Shown: piece by piece, positions 27,368-43,800 of the stretch
Layout of the letters: each line of letters starts with the position of its first letter
Position numbering within the stretch: the stretch's first letter is position 1
Origin: Bugula neritina
Lineage: Eukaryota > Animalia > Bryozoa
Length of the DNA stretch: 64,000 nt
Direction of reading: 5' to 3'
NCBI GenBank assembly: GCA_964035545.1
Contig: OZ037766.1
Span: forward strand, 32,602,773-32,666,772
Position numbers and translations under genes: made by a program
The notes under the pieces: model-generated
The model's input: the letters and a program-made list of their open reading frames with translations, nothing else
Told to the model about the DNA's origin: nothing
The model's database searches: none

Positions 27368-29422
27368 ATGGCGGGTCGAGCAGGTGAGAGTTTTATCTAG
27401 GACCATCCTTTCAGTTTATTGAAACTTTGTGCATTTATATACTCCCCTAGGTGTTTTGCGTTGATAAATAAGTAAGTGTTTTAAACTCCTTTATAGATGT
27501 TTTCATCTTAACCGATAGCCTTGGAAGTTTTATCACAAACGAACAATAGGAACTGTTAGTCGCTAATAAAACAAAAAGAAATTTCCCATTAAAGAGTAAG
27601 CAACCAATTGCATTGCATTCATTTGTCAAGCAAAGCTAAAACTTAAAACCTTTCAGCATCAAAACTTGTCCAGTTTCATATCAGTAATACTTGTATTTAG
27701 CCTTGAATCTTTCAGTAAGATCTCCAGCTACGTACACAACCTCGGTGATTGATGAGCTGAAGGACCAGAAGCTAAGATCTGTGGGCCTTTGTGACTACAT
27801 GAGAAACGCCACTATTGACTTTTACAATAGGGTTTCTGGGTTGGTGAGCACAACTGTGATCTTCCTCTTGCTTTGGCTGACGTGGGGTCTAGCTCTGCCT
27901 ATCACAGGCATTTCAATAGGTACATCTTGCTCTTAGTCTAAATACTCTCTGTAGTGAAATACAAAGTGTTTTCTTATACTTTCCAAAGTGCTTTAAATAT
28001 TATTCCCTTAATTATTTAGTAAATGTTTTTAATTCCAACATAGACTCCATATTTTTATCTTCATGTTAATCAATTTTATATGTAATTATTTCAAGCTTTT
28101 ATCAAAGCTGCTGTAAAAACAATATAAGATGTATAAATTATTAATTAAATTGAATAGCATTTATAGGTTATAATAAACCTGTCAAGTTATATGAACTAAA
28201 GTTGCACCAGACAACAGATGATGATTGTTTACTTTTTTTCATAAAACTGCCTCAATCACCAAATAATAAGTTAATGAATTCGCCATTTGATTTTATGTGC
28301 TGATTGGTGCCATTTCTGCCTATAGGTACGACGTATGTTCACGACTGTCCGGCAGAAAAACACGTGCCAATATACATCATCGTCTATGGATGCTTTAGCG
28401 TCTTTCTTGGATTCTTCTGTTTAATTGACAAATTCAGAAAAAGTACGTCTCAAGATATTTTAATGGTTACTTTATGAAATTAACTTTGCGAAGATGTCAG
28501 TGTATTCATGTCGTTTATTTTAGAGTAATAGAAAGCACTTACATTACCTGCTTAAACATATATTATTTCATATTGAAAACAATCATTTTGAACTAGCTAC
28601 ATCAAAAGTCTTGTGTCATAAAAATTTTTTCCCTAATTTACAGGAAGTGATGCTATAAATGAGAGAAAGCCGATAGTTATGCCGGCACTTACTATCCTAT
28701 TCGCCCTCTTTCTCTTTGGTTGGTTCATTGCTGGTAAGATGCATTTATTTTTTTTTAAATTTACACAAGACATTTTTTTTTAAATAGTTTTGCTACGTGT
28801 GTGAACGTTTTGTTGTCAGTCTTTTATGTAACTTAAATCTCACTCTATTCGACCAAATTGTTTGGCCATAGAAGTTTTTAGCAGTGATGCAAAGCACAAA
28901 GGTCGCGAGAATAGCTTTTAGTGTCCTTTTTAAACACCAATACAAAAATCACGATTACGGTTTTAAGAAATTGCAAATGAGTGAAGAGGTAAATAAACTT
29001 TAGAGTCAAACTACATGTAATTAAACTCAGTCTGCCAACTCTAGAAATAGTTTATGTAACTTATTTTCCTTTTTTATTGTATTTCTTTTCAATAGCATCT
29101 GCTACTGAACTTATTAAATGTTTTACAAATCAGAGCGTGGTTTAGTGGAAGATGGTCTGTTGTAGGAAATGTCTGGGTATTCCGGATGGTTCCGTGCCAA
29201 AATAACTCTAACAAGAAATACTGCTACACACTAGACGAGGCGCATATCACGAGTGGCCAATACTGCAACTATGTAGTCTTCAAGTTCACCTACTGGCTGA
29301 TCATCGCCACCTGGGGAATGGCAGCATTAGTGGCAGTTGCCTTCATCATATTCGCTGCTCTTATGCTTGGCGTGTATTACTGCTCAGACCAAGGGCAGCC
29401 ACGTGCTCCACCGAGGAGATAA
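27368..29422 (+). CDS. TMEM272-like 4-TM protein, copy 1 (~227 aa). Exons 27368-27383, 27716-27919, 28326-28442, 28644-28733, 29166-29422
   Basis: Phase-1 junctions throughout. Motifs SIGTTYVHDCPAEKHVPIYIIVYG, WFIAGNVWVF and YCNYVVFKFTYW match the TMEM272-family pattern. Four hydrophobic segments. Confidence 0.8.
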
Positions 29423-31074
29423 CTTTCAAACAACAAAAAGAAAAAATACAGAATAATTAAATAAATGCACTGGTGAAAAAAATTATGTTTTTTATATTCA
29501 AGTATTTGGAAATATATACTAGATTAGTTGAGATGCATACAAATTATACTAATTTGTGTGTATAATTGTGGGACAAATCATATTTTTATATTTTATTGTT
29601 AATAAAACTTCATTTCAAACAAAGAAGTGGCTTCTACCTTCACCAAACTGGTCTAACCAACTAACCTGAATGCATAGTGATGCTCCATAAAACTTGCCAA
29701 AAATTTTAAGCTGCATGGGTTTCTTCAGAGTATAAAATGCAGCATAACATAGCATGACATTCACATCATTGTGTCATTATTATTCACATCAAATCACTTC
29801 AATCACTCTCAGTTTCTCCATTACTGCACCTATAACCTCCAATTACTGCAATTAACATTATACTGTAAAATAGACACAATTTTACTTCATAAAAGTCAAT
29901 CCTATAACAGCTCTGAATATCAAAATAGCCATGCATGAACATGTTTCTATAACTGCTGTTTAAATAATAACAGAGATGTTGGTGGAAGTAAAAATATATT
30001 ATTAGCTACAATGCAAGCTGAAAGCTTGATACAAAGTTTACTACATGCATAATTCAATACTTTTATATCGACAGTTGCTTTAATCACAACAGTGGTGTTT
30101 GGCTTGGTCCTTGCGGAGACAGAATTACGATATATACATCTTTATTAGGGATAATCTTTTAAGAGAATAGAGAGATCGAAATAAGAAGCAGCCATGATGT
30201 TATCAATGTGGGCAGCATTGCAATAAAATTTTCTTTACATCCTTCAAAATTATACCTGAAATTTATTTTTTTTTTTTGTTCACTTCAGCTACATGGTTTA
30301 TATATCACATGCAATCAACTACTAGCTGTTGTACAATGTTTGCACAATTACAATATACATGAAAAAGTAACAGAAAAAGTACTACACCACTCTTATTCAT
30401 TTGCATAGAATTCTTAACAAAAAGTTAGTAAAATTAGCATTAAATCAAGTTTAAAACAATAAAATATCTTGTATTTACATACACATTCTTACAACTTAGT
30501 ATTTGCTTAAATACTTTGCATGTCCAAAATAATTCATATAGGTACATTACAAAAATCTCTTACAATGCAAAAGAATATATAATACTATAATGTAGAGGTA
30601 ATTAACATAAACATTTATTTGTATATATTAAATTCAAACACACTTATAGTTTTGTAAAATCAAGTCTTAAGTTTTACTATTATTAGCAAGAAATGTCAAA
30701 TAGTTCTATTTTTGAAACTTATTTCAATAGACAGATCAAACTTGAAGCTTAGATGAACATACAAAGATTATACTATCAGAGAATACAAGTTATATAACTA
30801 AAATGAACCTGCATATATTTCATATTATGTATATATGTATACACATCTGCTTTAAGCTAGCTAGCATCATTTGCTAACACACTGCTGGTATGGCATTTAC
30901 ATGTAAATCTGCTTTAACAAGAATTGGCTGAAATGTGACAATATTAGCTGGATAATTGAAAAAAATATAATTGCTAAAAATGCAGTAGAAAAACACTTCC
31001 TAGTGGATTTAAGTGCATGTACACTCTTACGACAGGGAGTACAGATTAGGTGTCTATGGAGATTCACTCACATA

Positions 31075-33318
<2,244 letters not shown>

Positions 33319-34454
33319 AAACAGGTCCAGAATTCAGTTTACTCCAGTTCACATAGCAACCACAGTTAACCACAGTTTACATGGCAACCAAAGTTACCTT
33401 GTAACTACGGTTACATAGCAACAATAATAACAATATTATTGTAACTTGATAGCCATAGTAACACTGTAAGGGACAAGTGTTTGAAACTTTTTCATAAATG
33501 CATCAGACAGACACAATGGAACAGTTTATTTAATACTGTATAAAATGCCTGTTTTTTTAGAAGACATTAATGCTGAAATTGGAATCGGCTTTCTCACCAA
33601 TGCACACGTTTTATACTTATACCGCTATTGATTTCTATTTTGTGCACTATTGTAGTCTCACATTTATACTCTGTACTGTTGTAGTATCACATTTACTCTT
33701 TGTACTATTGTAGTGTTGCATTTACTTTGTGTGTTATTGTAGTGTTGCATCTACTCTGTGTACTATTGTATCACTGATTAGACTCTCTTATACCAATTTT
33801 GAACGAAACCTGTAAGCAGTATTACTAATCATAAATGTTTTGCAATATAAATAAACCGTCATGGAAACTTAAAGCAATGCCTCAGAAATCACAGGACACA
33901 CAAGTACTCTTTTCGAGTCATACAGATTAGTGACTTCATGAAGTAAGTCATTTACCTCTACACATACTGAAGATGTTGAGGAGAAGTTGCAGCACATACA
34001 TAATACTGTAGAGAGTAGACACAGATAGTATAAAACTTACAATGTATATATTATATTATTGTAATTGATCTCATACAGAAACAACACCTTAAATGCTTAA
34101 AAAGAATATGAATGGCACATATTCTATTACATGTTATTGTCCAAATAGGTAAAACTACTATTAAGTAAAAAGTAAGGTTTAAATAATCAAGAGAAGAAAA
34201 AGGACCACCACCATGCTATTACATAATACAGCATCAATAACAGAAGCACCAAGTGCAGTGATATCACATATATTAACATTATACAAGTATATGATACAAT
34301 GAATTAAAAGAAAAGACGTCAATACAATGGTAAACAGTGAGGACATGCTATAAGATACAATTCAGCTTCACTGCAAGTGAGAAACTAGTAGGTATTGATG
34401 ACTATATACAATGACTATCTGCTATGTCAACTAGATCTGACAATAATGTAATAT

Positions 34455-34787
34455 GTGCAGAGTGTGATATGCAGAGTGTGATATGCAGAGTGTGATATGC
34501 AGAGTGTAATATGCAGAGTGTGATATGCAGAGTGTAATATGTGCAGAGTGTGATATGCAGAGTGTGATATGCAGAGTGTAATATGCAGAGTGTAATATGC
34601 AGAGTGTGATATGCAGAGTGTGATATGCAGAGTGTAATATGCAGAGTGTAATATGCAGAGTGTGATATGCAGAGTGTAATATGCAGAGTGTAACATGCAG
34701 AGTGTGATATGCAGAGTGTAATATGCAGAGTGTGATATGCAGAGTGTAATATGCAGAGTGTAATATGCAGAGTGTCATATGCACAGT
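34455..34787. repeat. 14-bp minisatellite (GCAGAGTGT[GA]ATAT), just 3' of the SLX4-like stop
   Basis: More than 20 tandem copies. Confidence 0.95.
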
Positions 34788-34813
34788 GTAAAACATAACA
34801 ATATCAAGAGAAA

Positions 34814-37800
34814 TCAATTTCTCTGTTGAGAAGTTGTCTTTCCATGAGCACCACCTTTTTTCTTCCCGTGTTTTCGCGGAGGTCGCGGTTTGCTCTGCAC
34901 ACAGATACACTAAAATACCAACAAATGAAACACGTGGAGTCTAAGCTCATGAAGCATATAATAACTGCTGTATAAATGTGTTAGATAACATTATGGTGAA
35001 CACATTCAAACTTTCAAAATACAGGAAATTAAATACAAAGCTGGACTACATATAAAAACATATCTGTTACATAATAAACTGTAGATCATGGATAACTTTT
35101 CAATAAATGTTGAGATGAGAGTAAAAAGTCACTCTCAGAGTCAAAATGGGCGTGGCTGAGCATGCCAATGTAGGCGTGGCTGAGCATGCCAATGTAGGCG
35201 TGGCTGAGCATGTCAATGTGGGCGTGTTTAGCAGTAAAATATGGGTGTGGTTTAGTGAGGACCACCTATGAACAAAGACATCTACATATTTGATAAGTTA
35301 TGGAAACAGGAAACGCCCACCTGCTTAGCGCAGAAGCTGTCCAGCTGCTGATGTGAGCATCTGATGCCGGCAGACCTGACTAGAGTCGTCAGCTCTTCCC
35401 GTGGAATCATCTGAAGGAATACGGCAGCCAATTGTGACATTTTATAACACAGCATGCAGTGCTAGACATATTGTTTATACTAGTATGTCATATCATACAC
35501 ATAACATGCTATAAGATAATAAGACTGAGTGTTTAGTATTCAACAAGACCTGGTAAGTGAGAACTCTAGTGTAAAGGTCATCATTTCCTCTGATCAGCTG
35601 CCGCAGGGCGTCGTTCAGGTCAGCAGGAGTCTGGAGGACAACTCCCGCTGACTCAGCTGTTGAACTGATGACCTCATCAGTAGCGTCATTCTCATCCGAG
35701 CCAGACTCTGAGCTGCAAACAGAGTAGAGAGTAGTAGGAGGTGTATAACCTGTAGTAGGAAGTGTATAACATGTAGTAGGAGGTGTATAACCTGTAGTAG
35801 GAGGTGTACAACATGTAGTAGGAGGTGTACAACATGTAGTAGGAAGTGTATAACATGTAGTAGGAGGTGTATAACATGTAGTAGGAGGTGTATAGCATGT
35901 AGTAGGAGGTGTATAGCATGTAGTAGGAGGTGTATAACATGTAGTAGGAGGTGTATAACATGTAGTAGAAGGTGTATAACATGTAGTAGGAGGTGTATAA
36001 CATGTAGTAGGAGGTGTATAACATGTAGTAGAAGGTTTCTAACATGTAGTAGGAGGTGTATAACCTGTGGTAGGAAGTGTATAACATGTAGTAGGAGATG
36101 TATAACATGTAGTAGGAGATGTATAACATGTAGTAGGAGGTGTCTAACATGTAGTAGGAGGTGTATAACCTGTAGTAGGAGGTGTCTAACATGCAGTAGG
36201 AGGTGTATAACCTGTAGTAGGAAGTGTATAACATGCAGTAAGTAGATCTCACCCTGAATAGATGTGCAGAGTTGTGTTATCATCAGCACCATCTACTTCA
36301 TTTCCCGTCTCCATTTCAATGACATCTAGAGCACTTCCTGGCAAAGAATCTACCAACTCATCTACTTCCTGGAGCAGCTGGTCAATATCAGAGACAGGAA
36401 GGGGTTTGCTTCGGCTCAAAGTCTAAAGAAGTGAAACAACAGAATGAGTAGTGCTTCTGCACTAGTCGGGGGGGGGTATACACAGGATGAGGTAAGTACA
36501 AGTGAAGGTACAAGCATAAGTATAGAGGTAGAGGTAAGTAGAAGTGAAGGTGAGTGCAGGTAGAGGTGAGTATAGGTGACGGTAGAAACATAAGTACAGA
36601 GGTAAAGGTAAGTACAGGTGAAGGTGAGTGCAGATAGAGGCAAGTAGAAGGAATGGCAGATGTATAGATAAGAATGGGCAAAAGTAATAATATGTCAGCT
36701 TTAAAACATTTCGCCAGTCGCATTGCAAAGTGGGAATAGAAAATTACATTTCCTAAGAAATTGCAATTTAGAATATAAAAAAATAAATAATCAACTGTGT
36801 CAAGAGAAAAGATGTTGTTGAGACTCTGTGTGGTATTAATTTACAGAGAACAGTATACCAATATGGCCGCATGCAGCTAGGAACCAATATGGCGGCGTGC
36901 AGCTAGGAACCAATATGGCCGCAGGCAGCTAGGAACCAGTATGGCCGCATGCAGCTAGGAACCAATATGGCCACATGCAGCTAGGAAGTGGTGAGTAGAA
37001 GAGATCATAGTAGCTGAAAACTAGAATGGTGAATGGGTTTAAGGCAGTGCATTGTGGGTAGGAGGAGAGACAAAATGTAACACAGTTTTAGAGATGAAAT
37101 GAAAGTGAGTTATATATCTCAGCAGCTCTAACCAACACCTGAACAGACAATGTGGTTATGGTGGTAACACCCAGTACCACACCCAGTACTACACCCAGTA
37201 CAAGTGTATATGAGTGGAAAGGGAGCCTCTACCTGAGAGCTAACAGGTTCATCATTAGAGTCGGGGATAGAAAGCACCGGCCCGACTTCTGAAGATGCTA
37301 CAGACTCCAGGCTAGGAGTGGTTGGTGAGTCCAGCCAGCTGATTGGTGGGGGTGAGTTATCACGACACGGGGTGTTAACAATAGTCCACTCCGCAGACGT
37401 GTCCGTCTCGTACTGGTGGGTCTGAGTGTGGAGCTCAGTGAGGGTAGAGATCATTCTCTTGCGACTCATCTTATCTCTCAGACCGTAAGCTCGCAGTCTG
37501 GCCTAGCAGTAGACACCAGGGGTGTTACATCATAAGTTTCAGAGAAATACTGGTGGTTAGCACTGATTAGACCACAATATAGTAAACATTGCTAATGTAA
37601 CTTATTATTTTCTGGCAAATCAAACAGAATGCTGATAACCGAGTATTTGCAGGAGAGATCAGGGCAGTAAGTGTACAGACTGAAGATGTTAACTTGACAC
37701 ATATAGTCAGTAAGTGACCCCACACTGACCTTGAGCTGTTCATCACTGAAAGAGCTAAAGTGATCCATCGGTGTGTAGGGACTAGGAATGTATGCCTTGT

Positions 37801-40800
37801 GCGTTCCTCTGGGTCTGATAGGGGTGTGAGCACTTCCTGTGAAAGGGAACACTGGGACATCACCTGTAGATGGAGAGAGAAACTATCGTGTGACTGTAGA
37901 ACTAGTAGTTATCTATTCTCATAATAGTATGATAAACCTATATAAACTCTGTACATAAATACTTGGAGAAACATAACTCTAGAGTACAACACAACATATT
38001 TATAATATAACTCCAGACAATGGTGGAAGCTGTGTAAAGGCGGTGAGACTAGTAAGTAATATGTTTCCTGCAATCCACCATCTTTCTGTTGGTCGTATAT
38101 TTACCAGCTCATCATACATTACCGGCAGCTGATTTGACTGACTCACCCCTCCCTGACTCACCTCTCCCTGAATCATCTTACTGACTCACCCCTCCCTGAC
38201 TCACCTCTCCCTGAATCATCTTCTGCAGCTTTTCCTTTTGCATTTTGTTGGGATTCTCTCTGGCCTGTTTGTCTGGCAGTGTCAATATCTTTTTGGCCTG
38301 TTTGTCTGGCAGTGTCAATATCTCTCTGGCCTGTTTGTCTGGCAGTGTCAATATCTCTCTGGCCTGTTTGTCTGGCAGTGTCACGCTTCGCCAGAGAGGA
38401 AGTATTTATAATATGGTCCCTGCTGCCCTCTGAATTAAATGGTTAATAAGTTTCATGCTTCACAGCCCAAAAAACACCAAAAACAAACAAAAACAAGTTG
38501 TTTTACAGGTGAAAATATAGCAATCAAATTAAATTTATTTTTTCTTATATAATAAAACCAACTATACAAAGATGTATGTATACACACAGTCATCGTGAGT
38601 AATGCATTGTACTAGCCAGCACTAGTCCAACTTACCAGGTGAGTGAGTGACAGTTAAAATATCAGTGAGATCCATGAATTCAGCATTATATGAAGTATGT
38701 TCATTAGCCATAGCTGTGTCTTTATCATCACAGCTATTCACAGGCCTTTCAGCACTACTTCTGATATCCACACCGAGATGGTCACAAGACAAGCTGCTAA
38801 AGGGTTCGATGGTTTCAATGTCACTGAATGCATCATTTGCAAAGTCCACACAAGCATCTGTTATTACTTTGTTTGCCATCTCTCTCTCCATATCAGTAGC
38901 TGGGGAGCTTTCGATATCCCTTAGAGAATTATCTAAGGTCTGGTTGGCACAAGGCGAAATGCCTGTGTCCTCCAAATGTACAGAGACGCTGTCATCCAGC
39001 TGGTTGCTGCCTGCAGAAGGAGTGGAGGTCGTATCTACAAAGCTTGGTGCACTGTGGACATGATTCGAGTCTTTTTGTGGAGTGACTTTTGAACTGCTAG
39101 GATTCACTCCGAGTTGTTTATGAAGAGCGACAGACGAAGAGCGCTTCTTCTTTCCTCTGGCAGAAGAGAGCACACAGTTCTCCGCGGACTTGCTGTTACC
39201 AGATGTTTCTCTCGTGTTGAGGTGTGTTCTGTGAGTCATACGTCTCTCGAGTTGCGTCTTCCTAAGCTCAGCGCTGTGTGTGGACATCAACTGCTCAGGA
39301 GTCTGCTTCATCAGACTGATCCTCAACTCCCTTGTCAATCCATTCGCCATCTGCTGAGGGGAAGGACTGCCAGACGTCTGCATAGCTTCAGCACCTGCCC
39401 GCTGGTCAACTGGAACGCAGCTAATATTGAGGTCAGGCTCTTTCATTTCCTCCGACACCTTCTTGTTACGGCTGATTTTAAGAAACCTGGATGGCTGCTC
39501 TAAAGTTGGTCTCTTCAAATCTTTCTCGACATGATTTTTCGCATTTTGCGCTTGACTCGAAGCTTTATTAGGTTTGTTTAGTGACCCAACAGACATCCTA
39601 GCATACTTACGGGGTCTCCCCCTTGGAGACACAACACCTTTGCCAGTCTCAGGTGTTAAAGGAGTGGATGTAGACATCTCCTTAGGTTTCGGGGGAGCTG
39701 TTAAAGGAGTGGATGTAGACCTCTCATTAGGTTTGTTTAGTGACCCAACAGACATCCTAGCATACTTACGGGGTCTCCCCCTTGGAGACACAACACCTTT
39801 GCCAGTCTCAGGTGTTAAAGGAGTGGATGTAGACATCTCATTAGGTTTCGGGGGAGCTGTTAAAGGAGTGGATGTAGACCTCTTATTAGGTTTGTTTAGT
39901 GACCCAACAGACATCCTAGCATACTTACGGGGTCTCCCCCTTGAAGACACAACACCTTTGCCAGTCTCAGGTTTTAAAGGAGTGGATGTAGACATCTCAT
40001 TAGGTTTCGGGGGAGCTGTTGAAGGAGTGGAGGATAGATTACGAGAACTCATACTAATTAAGTTACTAGTATGGGACAAGTCGGTTCTCTCCCCACCAGG
40101 TGATCTGCATCTCTTAACAGCAGACAGGATACAACTGTTCACTTCAGATTCAGTAGACAGCTGCTGGCATGTTCCAGCTGATGATGTCCCTGCCTGATGA
40201 TCTTCAGAGAAATACTGTTTAGGTGATTGAGTCGATGACATCACTTCCTGTTTACTCCCGTCCTGTTCCCGGAGACCAGGTCTGCATCGTGGAAGAGGTG
40301 TAGAAGTGACGACTCCCTTGAGGAAGAATAGCACAGTTAATACTAATTAATAGTTAAGTCTAAACAGTTGGTACTTAAACACGTGTAGTGAGAAGACAAT
40401 AGGACTCTGTAGTCATTCTGTTACAATACAAGAAGAGCCGAACAAATATACTGACTAGATAACCGTATACAGAGCAATAGTTCACAACACAGTGTGCCTT
40501 TCTTCTGTTGAAGGGAACAGTACAACAAGCATTAGACATTGCACTCCTACGACATCTCTACGCAATCAGCTGTCAGCTTACCTTATCCGGTGCAGATGAA
40601 CTCACCAAAGAGCTCTGGCCAGAGGACTTTGCAGTACAAGAGATATTCAGGGTGGGGTTCTGGATAAACCTGTCCAATGATACAGCCTACAGGCTAAAAT
40701 TACAGCTACTACGCTAAGCAGCTCCCTTTCAACTTGTGAGAGTAAATAAACAGCTTGCTGTACCACCAGCTAAACTATATCTCAAAGTAACACAACTCTG

Positions 40801-43800
40801 AAATATTGCTAACAGTGAAAATATACAAGTGGAAACATATTGTACTATTCACTCATAACAAGTTACAAACATTTACTAAAAAGTTATTAATAACTTGTAA
40901 CAAGTTTCTAACATTTTGTAATGAGTTGCTAATATTTAATTAGGAGTTAATAACACTTTGCTACAAGTTATATACACAAAAACCAATCAAGTCAAAAGCA
41001 TGATACTAACGCTGCTATTTTCTTCAGAGACTCTAGCGAGATATGAGTGAAAGCCATCTCGTCATTTGCATACAGGTACTTGAGCCAGGCTGACACGTGG
41101 CCGTAAGGTATTCCAGAGAAGTCCATCACCTCCACATGGCTCAGGTGCTACAACAAGTCAACAGTCAGCGGCTAGAAAACTCGTGCTGACTTTATAACCT
41201 CAGAAGAGAAAACTTGCTGCCTCTAACCAACATAACGTCATATGTACTGCAAAATACAACTCTGAATTCCAGGGAATTTAAAACAAGGAAGAAATGAGGT
41301 AAAGTTTAGCATCGAAAAGCTAAATACCAGACTATTCTATCTAGTGAAAGGACTACTGTTATAGATAAACATATTTTTATACAACTGCTAAAGGGACGAC
41401 GAGTCTATTAGCACATGACGGGTCTATTCGCATATTATTACGAGTCTATTAGCATATGACGAGTCTATTAACACATGATGAGTTACCTGGGAAAGGTGGG
41501 GGTATTTCGCTGCTATAACCAACTTATGAACAGGTATCTCTGCCAAGTCTGTCAATATAACGGCGTCAGAGAACTCTTTGCTCGCTAAGAACCGACACAT
41601 ATAGTCTCCAGTGTGCAGTGATGTCTACAACGTTAGAGTACAGCTTCCACTCAACAAGGTGTTTAGGTGTCAAAGGGCAGAATGCAAATGTAATTATAGT
41701 CATTGGTGGAATCATAAAGTAATACAACTTCATAATACACTTCATCAAATCAGCAAGGCAGTGTTCGTTCAGCTGCAATAGTCTGAGATATAGTCAAAGT
41801 GGCGACCCATTACTAGACATGTAAAAATAGCCACAGGACGTGACTCTCTGTGGTGGAAGATAATAAACAGTGAACTTGTAACTCAACTGGCTTCACAGTA
41901 ACATAATTATTGTATTTTCTAGAGATAAAATATGAGACCCTCACCATCAGCTTGTCCCTATCTGAAGGGTTCACACGAGCCGTAGAGGAAGTTCTGGAAG
42001 GGCATTCTGGGGTCTCTGGGACCAGGATATCTGGACTAGGGTAGGGTGGGGCATGGTGGGGGTTGGTGACCGCATAACTGGGAGACTCGATGGCCATGTT
42101 CGGAGTTTCTGAAGCTTCTAATATTACAAGAAACATGCAGGATATTTTATTATTCAAGTGACAGCAGAACAATACACAATATGCCTTTAATTCAAATAGT
42201 GACAATTTTTGTAGGATATTGTAGTAAGGCAGGTAGTAGCAAGTAGATTGTAGTATGGCAGGTAGCAGCAGGTGGATTGTAGTATGGCAGGTAGCAGCAG
42301 GTAGTAGCAGGTAGACTGTAGTATGGCAGGTAGCAGCAGGTAGACTGTAGTATGGCAGGTAGAAGCAGGTGGACTGTAGTATGGCAGGTTGTTATACATT
42401 TGAAAGAGAAACACTACTCAGTAAGCCAACATAAACATTTCAATGCACACAACATGCTGTAATCATTTTAGTAACACACAGTTGAAAGAACCATAAAAAA
42501 GTAGAGGATGAACTCTAACCTTTCTCTTTGGAGCTGAGAGAAGTGAATGCTGGTTGACTTTGGTTGAATATATCGTGATCCTTAGAGACGGTGGAAGGAG
42601 GTGGTGGGACTTTATTACTAGTCTATATAATCATATAGCATATAAAGCATATAATCATATAGAATATATAGATATAATAATACAGTATATACAGCATATA
42701 TTCATACAGCATATCCACTAACCATTGGACTCTTAAGTCCCGATGAGTTAAAAGACTTGCAATTGGTCAAAGGAATAGAAATCAGCAAACTGAGATTCGG
42801 ATCCTCTGATTGGTGCACGGTAGGTTCAGCAGACGTTGGCTCAGACAACGTATACAACTTCTTTCTTTTCTAATAACAGAAACTTATTTCCTGTAATAGA
42901 CTGAAAGAGAAGCAGCTAAATGACTGAGGCAATACTAGGAATAGAAACTCTGTATTCCACTTAATGTACGTTAAGAGAGTTTAGAAAGTTCCAGAAGAAT
43001 ATCAAACTAATCACATTGACGTTCCAAGACAGAGCAACAGTCGTGTAATGGACTGTGGGATGTTCTCAAAGTGATTTGATAACTGATAGAACCAAAAAGC
43101 AACTTCTCTATGCTATCAATGAATATTGATCAGCCAATACAAATCTCCTCAAGAACGAGATATTCAGAGGCTGTGTATCCACTGCTCGGTGGAAGTTCTT
43201 AATTATATCTACTGAAATGAAATACAGCGACTGAACTTGTTTTGCCTCTTACTATATTTATTTCAAGAGAAATAAAGAAGAATTGCATGTATAGAATACC
43301 TGTTGAGCCGTGCAGGGGGTGGAAAGGGTGGAGGGGTTGTCCTGGGGTGGCTTTTGTGCTCTCTTCTTATCTTTCAGCATAGCAACCGGCTTAAACTCAT
43401 ACTTCCGACTCCTCAGTGCCCTGGATTCACCCTCTAAAGAATTGTAATCACAGAGATTGCCATACTCACAACAATATTCCAGCGTCATCCCCATGAGGAC
43501 TGATAACACGCCCGCATACGAAACTCCAGACATACATGCCTAACATTTCACGTATTGTAGTGGGCTGTGAGAGAGTTACAAATTGAAAGAAAAAGTGAAA
43601 CTGTAATTGAATCACAGGAAAGAGAACATGGTCTTCCTTAAATGATTTCATAAAATACCAGAAAAACATGTGAGTTGAAAGAATAATAGTTAAAGGGAGT
43701 AAAATTCCAGCCATGAGTAATATTTTTAATTTTTTGCCAAAACTCTAAACTATTGATTAACTGTGGGTCATATTTTACTGTTACATTAACCCATGATACT

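Noticed and set aside
35615-36292. 225-aa His/Leu and 186-aa Tyr-rich ORFs
   Set aside because: Products of a 21-bp intronic minisatellite lying between clear SLX4 splice sites.
38647-40197. Plus-strand ORFs (138, 129 and 207 aa) as an antisense gene
   Set aside because: Shadows of the large SLX4 exon and its 159-bp repeat; no independent support.
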